From Yuukianura sp. NJ FZ-2021 (taxonomy: Eukaryota), in NCBI GenBank assembly GCA_046563655.1, contig JAJCTO010000010.1, forward strand, positions 1,054,001 through 1,118,000: 64,000 nucleotides of DNA. The letters are read 5' to 3'. Positions within the stretch are counted from its first letter, which is position 1. Each line of letters begins with the position of its first letter. The notes beneath the pieces are model-generated. The model searched no databases, was not told the origin of the DNA, and saw only the letters and a program-made list of their open reading frames with translations. Position numbers and translations under genes: made by a program. Positions 49,877 to 62,436 of this stretch are shown here, piece by piece.

Positions 49877-51461
49877 GCAACTGAGCAGTGGATTTTCTTC
49901 AAAATGTTACCCTGCTTCACTCAAATGTTTGAGTTGCAAGTTCCAAACCACATTCGCTTTAGACTGTATGAGAAAAAAATCCTCCCAAAAAAATCCCCGA
50001 CACAAATCGGAGGTTTTTGAGAAAGTGAGATGCATCCTCCCCCACTCCTCAAAAACATTGGGAAAAATACTAAAATCAAAAAGAGTGAGAGAGGGGGAGC
50101 CCCCCCCCTGGGGGACTGATCGTGCAACTTTTACTAAAAAGGGGGTTCCCTTACCGTTTCCTTGGGTTTTTTTTCCAGCATGTCCACAGTGGATTAAAAT
50201 CCTGCGTTTCTCTTTGGATTTTCTCCAGCGTGTCCACAGTGGATTTTTTTCCTGCGTTCTCATTGGGATTTAAATCCCTGCCTAGACATTGAGTTTTAAA
50301 TCCCTGCGTTCTATTGTTTTTTATTCGTGCGTCAACTTGTTTTTGTTTTTAAATTATGACTTGTTAGACTTTATAAGAACTGCTTTTTGTGTAAAGACAC
50401 ATCATAGTGGGAATGAGGAGTGGGGATGCATCTCACTTTCTCAAAAACCACACCTCCCAAAAACCATGGTTTAGCCAGTGAAACTGTGATGGAAAGGTCC
50501 CATCTCAGTTCCACGGGCTAAACCACGGCTGTCACTAGAGTTCGAATTATATGCAACATCCTTGAGACTTCTATCTGCTGCTTACTTTGTGTAACAACTG
50601 CTTGCCCCTTCTCTTAGCAGAGAGAGAGGCACTGAGCCGTTTTGTCACAAAAAATAGCTTTTCGTCAGGTTTGCAGCCCCTCGACACCGGAACAAAACGG
50701 AATCGATACGATTTTTATGGTTTTATTTTAATTATAATAAACATAATAACTGTTCATTGGAACATAATAATTATGTTCACCAGAACCGTTTCGTCGAAAT
50801 GAAACGGTATGGTGATACATGAACAATTTATTTGGTGTAATTAAAAATAACATTGGTTAATTTATTTATTTACAAAAACCGTACCGTTTTCTCGAAATGA
50901 AACGGTACGGTGAAACCCAAACAAATTAATTTCCGTAACTTTTCCGTTTGGGTCTCACCGTACCGTTTCATTTCGAGGAAACGGTACGGTTTTTGTAAAT
51001 AAATAAATTAACCAATGTGATTTTTAATTACACCAATTAAGTTGTTCATGTATCACCATACCGTTTCATTTCGACGAAACGGTACGGTTCTAGTGAACAT
51101 AATTATTATGTTCCAATGAACAGTTATTAATTATTATGTTTATTATAATTAAATAAAACCATAAAAATCGTATCGATTCCGTTTTGTTCCGGTGCCGAGG
51201 GGCTGCAAACCTAACCTAACCTAACCAACTGGGAGAAGGAATCAGATCATCATTTTCTCATGACTCTGAAAGTGCAAGTGGGTCATGTTTACATATTTCA
51301 CCTAAAGGTCAAGTTTGTTTTGTAGTAGTAGCTTCAACTGGGAGAAGGAATGAGTTCATCATTTTCTCATGCACTCTGAAAGTGCAAGTGGGTCATGTTT
51401 ACCTTTTTTGTACGGTAGGTCAGGTTTGTTTTGTAGTAGTAGTCATGCGATGGTTACTACT
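49877..51461 (-). repeat. Right TIR of the Polinton (contains the palindrome at 50667-51212 and (TAACC)3)
   Basis: Reverse complement of the left TIR, ending ACTACT. Confidence 0.93.
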
Positions 51462-54400
51462 ATTATCGGTACAATGTATTTTACCACAGAGAAATCCCCG
51501 CTGCTACAAGTGGCAGCTCTGACTGACATACAAACTTATAGTAGCCACAATAGCCTCAATGAGAAGGAGCAAACAGATATTTTGAAAGCAATCTTGTACA
51601 AGAGGACGGTGTGATCAACAAAATGTGTAATTTCTACTCATTTCCGAAAATTTGTTGAATTAGAAGCGGGGTTATGAACTGCTCGGCACTCTTTTCTGTT
51701 TTCGTCGAAGGAAGATTATCGGTACAACGTATTTTACCACAGAGAAATCCCCGCTGGTACAAGTGGCAGGTCTGACTGACATACAAACTTATAGTAGCCA
51801 CAATAGCCTCAATGAGAAGGAGCAAGCAGATACTTTGAAAGCAATCTTGTACTAGAGAACGGTGTGATCAACAAAATGTGTAATGTCTACTCATTTTCGA
51901 AAATTTGTTGAATTAGAAACGGGGTGATGAACTGCTCGGCACTCTTTTCTGTTATCGTCGAAGGAAGATTATCGGTACAACGTATTTTACCACATAGAAA
52001 TCCCCGCTGCTACAAGTGGCAGCTCTGACTGACATACAAAGTTAAAGTAGCCACAATAGCCTCCATGAGAAGGAGCAAACAGATATTTTGAAAGCATTCT
52101 TGTACAAGAGAACGGTGTGATCAACAAAATGTGTAATTTCTACTCATTTTCGAAAATTTGTTGAATTAGAAGCGGGGTTATGAACTGCTCGGCACTCTTT
52201 TCTGTTATCGTCGAAGGAAAATTATCGGTACAACGTATTTTACCACAGAGAAATCCCCGCTGCTACAACTGGCAGGTCTGACTGACATACAAAGTTAAAG
52301 TAGCCACCATAGCCTCCATGAGAAGGAGCAAACAGATACTTTGAAAGCAATCTTGTACTAGAGAACGGTGTGATCAACAAAATGTGTAATGTCTACTCAT
52401 TTTCGAAAATTTGTTGAATTAGAAACGGGGTGATGAACTGCTCGGCACCCTTTTCTGTAATCGTCGTAGGAAAATTATCGGTACAACGTATTTTACCACA
52501 GAGAAATCCCCGCTGCTACAAGTGGCAGCTCTGACTGACATACAAACTTATAGTAGCCACAATAGCCTCAATGAGAAGGAGCAAACAGATATTTTGAAAG
52601 CAATCTTGTACAAGAGAACGGTGTGATCAACAAAATGTGTAATTTCTACTCATTTCCGAAAATTTGTTGAATTAGAAGCGGGGTTATGAACTGCTCGGCA
52701 CTCTTTTCTGTTATCGTCGAAGGAAGATTATCGGTACAACGTATTTTACCACAGAGAAATCCCCGCTGCTACAAGTGGCAGCTCTGACTGACATACAAAC
52801 TTATAGTAGCCACCTTATCCTCCATGAGAAGGAGCAAGCAGATACTTTGAAAGCAATCTTGTACTAGAGAACGGTGTGATCAACAAAATGTGTAATGTCT
52901 ACTCATTTTCGAAAATTTGTTGAATTAGAAGCGGGGTTATGAACTGCTCGGCACTCTTTTCTGTTATCGTCGAAGGAAGATTATCGGTACAACGTATTTT
53001 ACCACAGAAAAATCCACGCTGCTACAAGTGGCAGCTCTGACTGACATACAAAGTTAAAGTAGCCACCATAGCCTCCATGAGAAGGAGCAAACAGATACTT
53101 TGAAAGCAATCTTGTACTAGAGAACGGTGTGATCAACAAATTGTGTAATGTCTACTCATTTTCGAAAATTTGTTGAATTAGAAACGGGGTGATGAATTGC
53201 TCGGCACTCTTTTCTGTAATCGTCGTAGGAAAATTATCGGCACAACGTATTTTACCACAGAGAAATCCCCGCTGCTACAAGTGGCAGGTCTGACTGATAT
53301 CCAAATTTATAGTAGCCACCATAGCCTCCATGAGAAGGAGCAAGCAGATACTTTGAAAGCAATCTTGTACTAGAGAACGGTGTGATCAACAAAATGTGTA
53401 ATGTCTACTCATTTTCGAAAATTTGTTGAATTAGAAACGGGGTGATGAACTGCTCGGCACTCTTTTCTGTAATCGTCGAAGGAAGATTATCGGTACAACG
53501 TATTTTACCACAGAGAAATCCCCGCTGCTACAAGTGGCAGCTCTGACTGACATACAAACTTATAGTAGCCACAATAGCCTCAATGAGAAGGAGCAAACAG
53601 ATATTTTGAAAGCAATCTTGTAGAAGAGAACGGTGTGATCAACAAAATGTGTAATTTCTACTCATTTCCGAAAATTTGTTGAATTACTGTTCAGATCAAA
53701 AAAGAAACCGCAAAAACACCTGCAATCTGTCATGTGCTTTTTTCCCATAAGGAACAAAGAGACAAAAAAAGCTACTCATTTCTCCATTCCTTTCCTGCTA
53801 AAGGAGGGAAGTTCTTTTGTGACAGGTGTTTTTTCCAAAAAGAGACGAAGATTAGAGATTGCGCCGCAAGTCAATGCTCCGCCCAAAAATAATTACAAAA
53901 ATTATAAATAAAATAAGAGTAAGAATATATAATTTAAAAGTTGAAAAACAATAATCCTAGTAACTATTAATATACGCACCTTTCTTAAAATACAACTGAT
54001 ACATTTACGCTAAACATATTGGCATAAACATATTGGCATAAACATATTCCCATAAGGGAATTTTGCATGCGTTGAAGAGATGCTGTCATTAACAACATTA
54101 TGTACTTTGAACCTAACCGTAGCACAAAAAATACGATAAAAACTTGAAAACATGTTCTTTCTGCAAAGAAAAGGGAAGTGATAATATAAGACTTATGATT
54201 ACAGCAACTAAGCTTAGACGGAAATGGTGAGAATTATGGAAATAATATTATGAAGTGTTTCAAAATGTTATGCCTAGTGGACGAATTGAATAATGTAAGG
54301 ATATTCTTAATCTTATTTTATTTATAATTTTTTATTGTATTTATAATTTTTGTAATTATTTTTGGCGGAGCATTGACTTGCGGCGCAATCTCTAATCTTC

Positions 54401-57400
54401 GTCTCTTTTTGGAAAAAACACCTGTCACAAAAGAACTTCCCTCCTTTAGCAGGAAAGGAATGGAGAAATGAGTAGCTTTTTTTGTCTCTGTGTTCCTTAT
54501 GGGAAAAAAGCACATGACAGTTGCAGGTGTTTTTGCGGTTTCTTTTTTGATCTGAACAGTAGAAGCGGGGTTATGAACTGCTCGGCACTCTTTTCTGTTA
54601 TCGTCGAAGGAAGATTATCGGTACAACGTATTTTACCACAGAGAAATCCCCGCTGCTACAAGTGGCAGCTCTGACTGACATACAAACTTATAGTAGCCAC
54701 CTTATCCTCCATGAGAAGGAGCAAGCAGATACTTTGAAAGCAATCTTGTACTAGAGAACGGTGTGATCAACAAAATGTGTAATGTCTACTCATTTTCGAA
54801 AATTTGTTGAATTAGAAACGGGGTGATGAACTGCTCGGCACTCTTTTCTGTTATCGTCGAAGGAAAATTATCGGTACAACGTATTTTAATACAGAGAAAT
54901 CCCCGCTGCTACAAGTGGCAGCTCTGACTGATATCCAAATTTATAGTAGCCACCATAGCCTCCATGAGAAGGAGCAAGCAGATACTTTGAAAGCAATCTT
55001 GTACTAGAGAACGGTGTGATCAACAAAATGTGTAATTTCTACTCATTTTCGAAAATGTGTTGAATTAGAAACGGGGTTATGAACTGCTCGGCACTCTTTT
55101 CTGTTATCGTCGAAGGAAGATTATCGGTACAACGTATTTTACCACAGAAAAATCCCCGCTGCTACAAGTGGCAGCTCTGACTGACATACAAAGTTAAAGT
55201 AGCCACCATAGCCTCCATGAGAAGGAGCAAACAGATACTTTGAAAGCAATCTTGTACTAGAGAACGGTGTGATCAACAAAATGTGTAATGTCTACTCATT
55301 TTCGAAAATTTGTTGAATTAGAAGCGGGGTTATGAACTGCTCGGCACTCTTTTCTGTAATCGTCGTAGGAAAATTATCGGTACAACGTATTTTACCACAG
55401 AGAAATCCCCGCTGCTACAAGTGGCAGGTCTGACTGACATACAAACTTATAGTAGCCACAATAGCCTCAATGAGAAGGAGCAAACAGATATTTTGAAAGC
55501 AATCTTGTACTAGAGAACGGTGTGATCAACAAAATGTGTAATGTCTACTCATTTTCGAAAATTTGTTGAATTAGAAACGGGGTGATGAACTGCTCGGCAC
55601 TCTTTTCTGTAATCGTCGTAGGAAAATTATCGGTACAACGTATTTTACCACAGAAAATCCCCGCTGCTACAAGTGGCAGGTCTGACTGACATACAAACTT
55701 ATAGTAGCCACAATAGCCTCAATGAGAAGGAGCAAACAGATATTTTGAAAGCAATCTTGTACAAGAGGACGGTGTGATCAACAAAATGTGTAATTTCTAC
55801 TCATTTCCGAAAATTTGTTGAATTAGAAGCGGGGTTATGAACTGCTCGGCACTCTTTTCTGTTATCGTCGAAGGAAGATTATCGGTACAACGTATTTTAC
55901 CACAGAGAAATCCCCGCTGCTACAAGTGGCAGCTCTGACTGACATACAAACTTATAGTAGCCACCTTAGCCTCCATGAGAAGGAGCAAGCAGATACTTTG
56001 AAAGCAATCTTGTACTAGAGAACGGTGTGATCAACAAAATGTGTAATGTCTACTCATTTTCGAAAATTTGTTGAATTAGAAACGGGGTGATGAACTGCTC
56101 GGCACTCTTTTCTGTAATCGTCGTAGGAAAATTATCGGCACAACGTATTTTACCACAGAGAAATCCCCGCTGCTACAAGTGGCAGGTCTGACTGATATCC
56201 AAATTTATAGTAGCCACCATAGCCTCCATGAGAAGGAGCAAGCAGATACTTTGAAAGCAATCTTGTTCTAGAGAACGGTGTGATCAACCAAATGTGTAAT
56301 GTCTACTCATTTTCGAAAATTTGTTGAATTAGAAGCGGGGTTATGAACAGCTCGGCACTCTTTTCTGTAATCGTCGTAGGAAAATTATCGGTACAACGTA
56401 TTTTACCACAGAGAAATCCCCGCTGCTACAAGTGGCAGGTCTGACTGACATACAAACTTATAGTAGCCACAATAGCCTCAATGAGAAGGAGCAAACAGAT
56501 ATTTTGAAAGCAATCTTGTACTAGAGAACGGTGTGATCAACAAAATGTGTAATGTCTACTCATTTTCGAAAATTTGTTGAATTAGAAACGGGGTGATGAA
56601 CTGCTCGGCACTCTTTTCTGTAATCGTCGTAGGAAAATTATCGGTACAACGTATTTTACCACAGAGAAATCCCCGCTGCTACAAGTGGCAGGTCTGACTG
56701 ACATACAAACTTATAGTAGCCACAATAGCCTCAATGAGAAGGAGCAAACAGATATTTTGAAAGCAATCTTGTACAAGAGGACGGTGTGATCAACAAAATG
56801 TGTAATTTCTACTCATTTCCGAAAATTTGTTGAATTAGAAGCGGGGTTATGAACTGCTCGGCACTCTTTTCTGTTATCGTCGAAGGAAGATTATCGGTAC
56901 AACGTATTTTACCACAGAGAAATCCCCGCTGCTACAAGTGGCAGCTCTGACTGACATACAAAGTTAAAGTAGCCACCATAGCCTCCATGAGAAGGAGCAA
57001 ACAGATATTTTGAAAGCAATCTTGTACAAGAGAACGGTGTGATCAACAAAATGTGTAATTTCTACTCATTTTCGAAAATTTGTTGAATTAGAAGCGGGGT
57101 TATGAACTGCTCGGCACTCCTTTCTGTTATCGTCGAAGGAAGATTATCGGTACAACGTATTTTAATACAGAGAAATCCCCGCTGCTACAAGTGGCAGCTC
57201 TGACTGATATCCAAATTTATAGTAGCCACCATAGCCTCCATGAGAAGGAGCAAGCAGATACTTTGAAAGCAATCTTGTACTAGAGAACGGTGTGATCAAC
57301 AAAATGTGTAATTTCTACTCATTTTCGAAAATTTGTTGAATTAGAAGCGGGGTTATGAACTGCTCGGCACTCTTTTCTGTTTTCGTCGAAGGAAGATTAT

Positions 57401-59434
57401 CGGTACAACGTATTTTACCATAGAAAAATCCCCGCTGCTACAAGTGGCAGCTCTGACTGACATACAAAGTTAAAGTAGCCACCATAGCCTCCATGAGAAG
57501 GAGCAAACAGATACTTTGAAAGCAATCTTGTACTAGAGAACGGTGTGATCAACAAAATGTGTAATGTCTACTCATTTTCGAAAATTTGTTGAATTAGAAA
57601 CGGGGTGATGAACTGCTCGGCACTCTTTTCTGTAATCGTCGTAGGAAAATTATCGGTACAACGTATTTTACCACAGAGAAATCCCCGCTGCTACAAGTGG
57701 CAGCTCTGACTGACATACAAACTTATAGTAGCCACCTTAGCCTCCATGAGAAGGAGCAAGCAGATACTTTGAAAGCAATCTTGTACTAGAGAACGGTGTG
57801 ATCAACAAAATGTGTAATGTCTACTCATTTTCGAAAATTTGTTGAATTAGAAACGGGGTGATGAACTGCTCGGCACTCTTTTCTGTAATCGTCGTAGGAA
57901 AATTATCGGCACAACGTATTTTACCACAGAGAAATCCCCGCTGCTACAAGTGGCAGGTCTGACTGATATCCAAATTTATAGTAGCCACCATAGCCTCCAT
58001 GAGAAGGAGCAAGCAGATACTTTGAAAGCAATCTTGTTCTAGAGAACGGTGTGATCAACCAAATGTGTAATGTCTACTCATTTTCGAAAATTTGTTGAAT
58101 TACAAGCGGGGTTATGAACTGCTCGGCACTCTTTTCTGTAATCGTCGTAGGAAAATTATCGGTACAACGTATTTTACCACAGAGAAATCCCCGCTGCTAC
58201 AAGTGGCAGGTCTGACTGACATACAAACTTATAGTAGCCACAATAGCCTCAATGAGAAATAGCAAACAAATACTTTGAAAGCAATCTTGTACTAGAGAAC
58301 GGTGTGATCAACAAAATGTGTAATGTCTACTCATTTTCGAAAATTTGTTGAATTAGAAACGGGGTGATGAACTGCTCGGCACTCTTTTCTGTAATCGTCG
58401 AAGGAAGATTATCGGTACAACGTATTTTACCACAGAGAAATCCCCGCTGCTACAAGTGGCAGGTCTGACTGACATACAAACTTATAGTAGCCACAATAGC
58501 CTCAATGAGAAGGAGCAAACAGATATTTTGAAAGCAATCTTGTACAAGAGGACGGTGTGATCAACAAAATGTGTAATTTCTACTCATTTCCGAAAATTTG
58601 TTGAATTAGAAGCGGGGTTATGAACTGCTCGGCACTCTTTTCTGTTATCGTCGAAGGAAGATTATCGGTACAACGTATTTTACCACATAGAAATCCCCGC
58701 TGCTACAAGTGGCAGCTCTGACTGACATACAAAGTTAAAGTAGCCACAATAGCCTCCATGAGAAGGAGCAAACAGATATTTTGAAAGCATTCTTGTACAA
58801 GAGAACGGTGTGATCAAGAAAATGTGTAATTTCTACTCATTTTCGAAAATTTGTTGAATTACAAGCGGGGTTATGAACTGCTCGGCACTCTTTTCTGTTA
58901 TCGTCGAAGGAAGATTATCGGTACAACGTATTTTACCACAGAGAAATCCCCGCTGCTACAAGTGGCAGGTCTGACTGACATACAAACTTATAGTAGCCAC
59001 AATAGCCTCCACGAGAAGGAGCAAACAGACATTTTGAAAGCAATCTTGTAGAAGAGAACGGTGTGATCAACAAAATGTGTAATGTCTACTCATTTTCGAA
59101 AATTTGTTGAATTAGAAACGGGGTGATGAACTGCTCGGCACCCTTTTCTGTAATCGTCGTAGGAAAATTATCGGTACAACGTATTTTACCACAGAAAAAT
59201 CCCCGCTGCTACAAGTGGCAGGTCTGACTGACATACAAAGTTAAAGTAGCCACCATAGCCTCCATGAGAAGGAGCAAACAGATACTTTGAAAGCAATCTT
59301 GTACTAGAGAACGGTGTGATCAACAAAATGTGTAATGTCTACTCATTTTCGAAAATTTGTTGAATTAGAAACGGAGTGATGAACTGCTCGGCACTCTTTT
59401 GTGTAATCGTCGAAGGAAGATTATCGGTACAACG
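51462..59434. repeat. Satellite B continued (~28 monomers, interrupted by a MITE)
   Basis: Same ~253-bp monomer, resuming in register after the TSD. Confidence 0.96.
53687..54559. mobile_element. MITE (873 bp), Tc1/mariner-type by target site
   Basis: ~230-bp TIRs CTGTTCAGATCAAAAAAG...CTTTTTTGATCTGAACAG; TA duplication at 53685-53686 and 54560-54561; no transposase ORF. Confidence 0.9.
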
Positions 59435-62400
59435 TGTTGGCGATTAAACCGACGGTTCATAATCTTAGGCTAATTTTACTTTACTTTTCTCATGCATTTT
59501 CAATTCTTAGAATAAGGTATTAGGTTATTTTTACTTAAAGTTACAGGCATTAGAAACACTCGTTTCTTCCCTTCTAAACTTCTAATTTACACACACTAAT
59601 TTACATTGTCTTCTCATTCTGGTTCTTTCTTTTACTAAGGATTAGGAATACTCATTCCTCCCTTTACAATTGAATTCGCTTCGTAGCTTATAAATACTAG
59701 TGACACACAGTCACTCAGGGTTCAGTCTACTTTCAGCTCAGTAACCATCTTCTTTCATTCTTACATACATTCAATAAAACAGAATAACGTAAATTCTCGA
59801 TGTCTTGATCTCTCTGTGGCTTCACCACAAGTCATTCACTTGCTCTCCCACATTTCTCATCTGAGGTCACGGAGGTCAACGAACATTTTGGTGCCGAAAG
59901 ACGGTTACTGCCGAAAGCCTGGACCCAGACTAACACTACTTCACATTCATCATGGCGGAAGTCCTCTCTCTCGTCCTTAAGCGAACAGCCCAGAAGCACA
60001 AACTGGCGAAAATCCTAAGGGACGTAAGTAACGTCGATTCACCGCCTACTCAGTTTGAACTCCACAAACTGCTGGATCAAACTGAAAAGATCGAAGGTAC
60101 TGTTCAATCCATTCAAAATGAGATCCTAACGTACATGTCTAACGAGGATGATTTAATGCCTCAACTTGAAGCTTCAGAACAGATTGATGACATGATTGTT
60201 AAGATCCATGGTCTTATCAATGGAGAGTTAGCGAAGCTGGATTCCAACACACAGAGTGGATCCACCCTGACCTCCGCTCCGTCAGTCGTTCATCCATCGT
60301 CTAAGGTCAAGTTACCTAAGCTTGACCTTCCTACGTTCTCTGGCAGTTACGAAGACTGGCCATCCTTCCGAGATCAATTCGAGGCTTCCATCGTCAACAA
60401 TGGTGGTTTGTCTGGTTGCGAAAAGCTGCAGTATCTAAAGTCATCTCTCAAGGACGATGCACTAAAGATAGTCTCGCCATTCGTAATCACTAACGCTAAT
60501 TTTCAGGATGCTTGGGATTTGTGTATCGAGCGATAAAATAATACGCGCGAGATCGCATTTTCATTGTTGCGAAAATTGTTTAATCTTTCTAAACTGTTTC
60601 AGGAAAATGCGACTTCACTAAGGAACCTGGTTGACACTTTCGACCAGTTACGGAACCTTAACCGTAACGTTGACCAATGGGACGATGTTCTGGTCTTTAC
60701 CATAATGGAAAAGTTGGACCCTGACACAAAGAGGGAATTCGCCATCCAACTGTCAGGAACGAATGTTCCTACCTACAAGGAGGTCAAGGACTTTCTTGAA
60801 CAGCATATTCGCGGTCTCCAGAGCATCTCATCAGCGTCAACAAAACAACCTCAGAAGTCGTCTGACCGTAAGAAGGTCCACGCAGTGAACACTGCAAAAT
60901 GCGTTCTCTGCTCAGAGCCACACCCACTATTCAAATGTGGAAAGTTCAATGCCATGACCATTGCTCAACGGATCGACACTGCCAAAGCTCAGCATCGTTG
61001 CTTCAACTGTCTTGGGATTGCTCATACTCCCAAGAATTGTCACTCCAAGTCTCGCTGTCGTGTGTGTCAAAAGCCACATCACACTCTTTTGCATGTCAAC
61101 AATGAATTTGTTCCTTTCACAAACCAGGTAACCAATTCTAATGCTCATTTGACTAATCCTTCTACTTCTGTTCCCACAGCCAGTTGTAATCACAACTCCG
61201 GCTATGGAGTCCTCCTTGGAACGGCAGAAGTCTACGTAATGGATGCTACTGGAGCCTACCAAACCTGCCGTGTCCTTTTGGATCCAGGAGCTGAGGTTTA
61301 CTTTAGCACCGATCGGTGCTGTCAGCGACTTGGTCTCTCACAGACGAAGTCCAACGTCACCATCAACGGAGTTGGTGCCACAACAGTTGGTAAAGCAAAG
61401 GGAAAAACAATTCTGAAAATCAAATCTATGTGTAATGATTTTACTTTGTCCGTGGAAGCTCTTGTTCTTTCTCAGGTCACAGGTCAACTGCCCTCATTTA
61501 GGTGTGGTGACACCTGGAAAGAATGGACCCACCTTCAGAATCTGACCTTGGCTGACCCCAGATACATTGACCCGAGGGAAGTTGACATTCTACTTGGGGC
61601 TGAGGTCACACACCGAATCTTCACTGGTCAGACGCTTTCTTCTCGGGTTGAGCAACCCGCTGCTTGCTCGAGCCACTTCGGATGGGTGGTCATGGGACCA
61701 GTCCATACTCCACCAGTGCAGTCCTACACGGCCCACTGCCACACCGTCTCTCTGGATGGAGCCATCCAACGCTTGTGGGAACTCGATCACGTCCCAACTC
61801 GGATGCAGTTGACACAAGAGGAGAGTGACGCAGAGAACCACTTTACAACTCACCACTCTCGTACACAGGATGGAAGATACATTGTTCCACTTCCATTCAA
61901 ACAAAACATTTCGGAACTCGGATCATCACGATCAATTGCATTACGGAGACTCCACCACACTGAACGTCGGCTGGATCGACTCCCGCAACACAAAAGTGAG
62001 TACGTAAAGTTCATAAATGATTATCTCAATTTAGGTCACATGGAACAAGTCCCACCATCGGAAGAAGGAGAACAATTCAAGGATGGATCCATCCAGACGT
62101 ACTACCTCCCACATCACTTTGTTTTGAAGGAGGATAGTACAACAACCAAACTTCGTGTGGTTCTTGATGGTTCGTGTGAATCAAATTCAGGTTTGTCACT
62201 GAACAAGTGCCTAATGGTAGGGCCAACAATTCAACCTGATTTATTTACACATCTAATCAAATTCCGATTGGATCCAATCGTTTTAAAGGCTGATATAACA
62301 AAAATGTATCGCCAGTTCTCAGTTTTAGATTCAGACTCCAACTTCCAGCGGATCCTATGGCGGCCAACTCCTGATCAGCCTATTCGGGAGTACAGGCTCA

Positions 62401-62436
62401 AAACAATCACCTATGGAACCTCTTCGGCTCCATTCG
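59435..62436 (+). mobile_element. BEL/Pao LTR retrotransposon, 5' part, interrupted within RT
   Basis: LTR TGTT...AACA at 59435-59885; PBS TGGTGCCGAAA (tRNA-Phe-like) at 59889-59899; gag-pol follows. Confidence 0.92.
59952..62436 (+). pseudogene. BEL/Pao gag-pol (Gag, triple zinc knuckle, protease, partial RT)
   Basis: KLPKLDLPTFSG..EDW..FRDQF; knuckles CVLC..H..C, CFNC..H..C, CRVC..HH.LLH; LLDPG; YLPHH...TTKLRVV; ADITKMYRQ; TYGTSSAPF. In-frame TAA at 60534-60536. Confidence 0.9.

Larger units (their letters stand above)
33737..51461 (+). mobile_element. Complete Polinton/Maverick (adintovirus-like endogenous DNA virus)
   Basis: AGTAGT...ACTACT termini; 6-bp TSD ATTATC (33731-33736 and 51462-51467); long TIRs; pPolB, ATPase, RVE integrase, minor and major capsid and cysteine protease genes. 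Confidence 0.97.
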
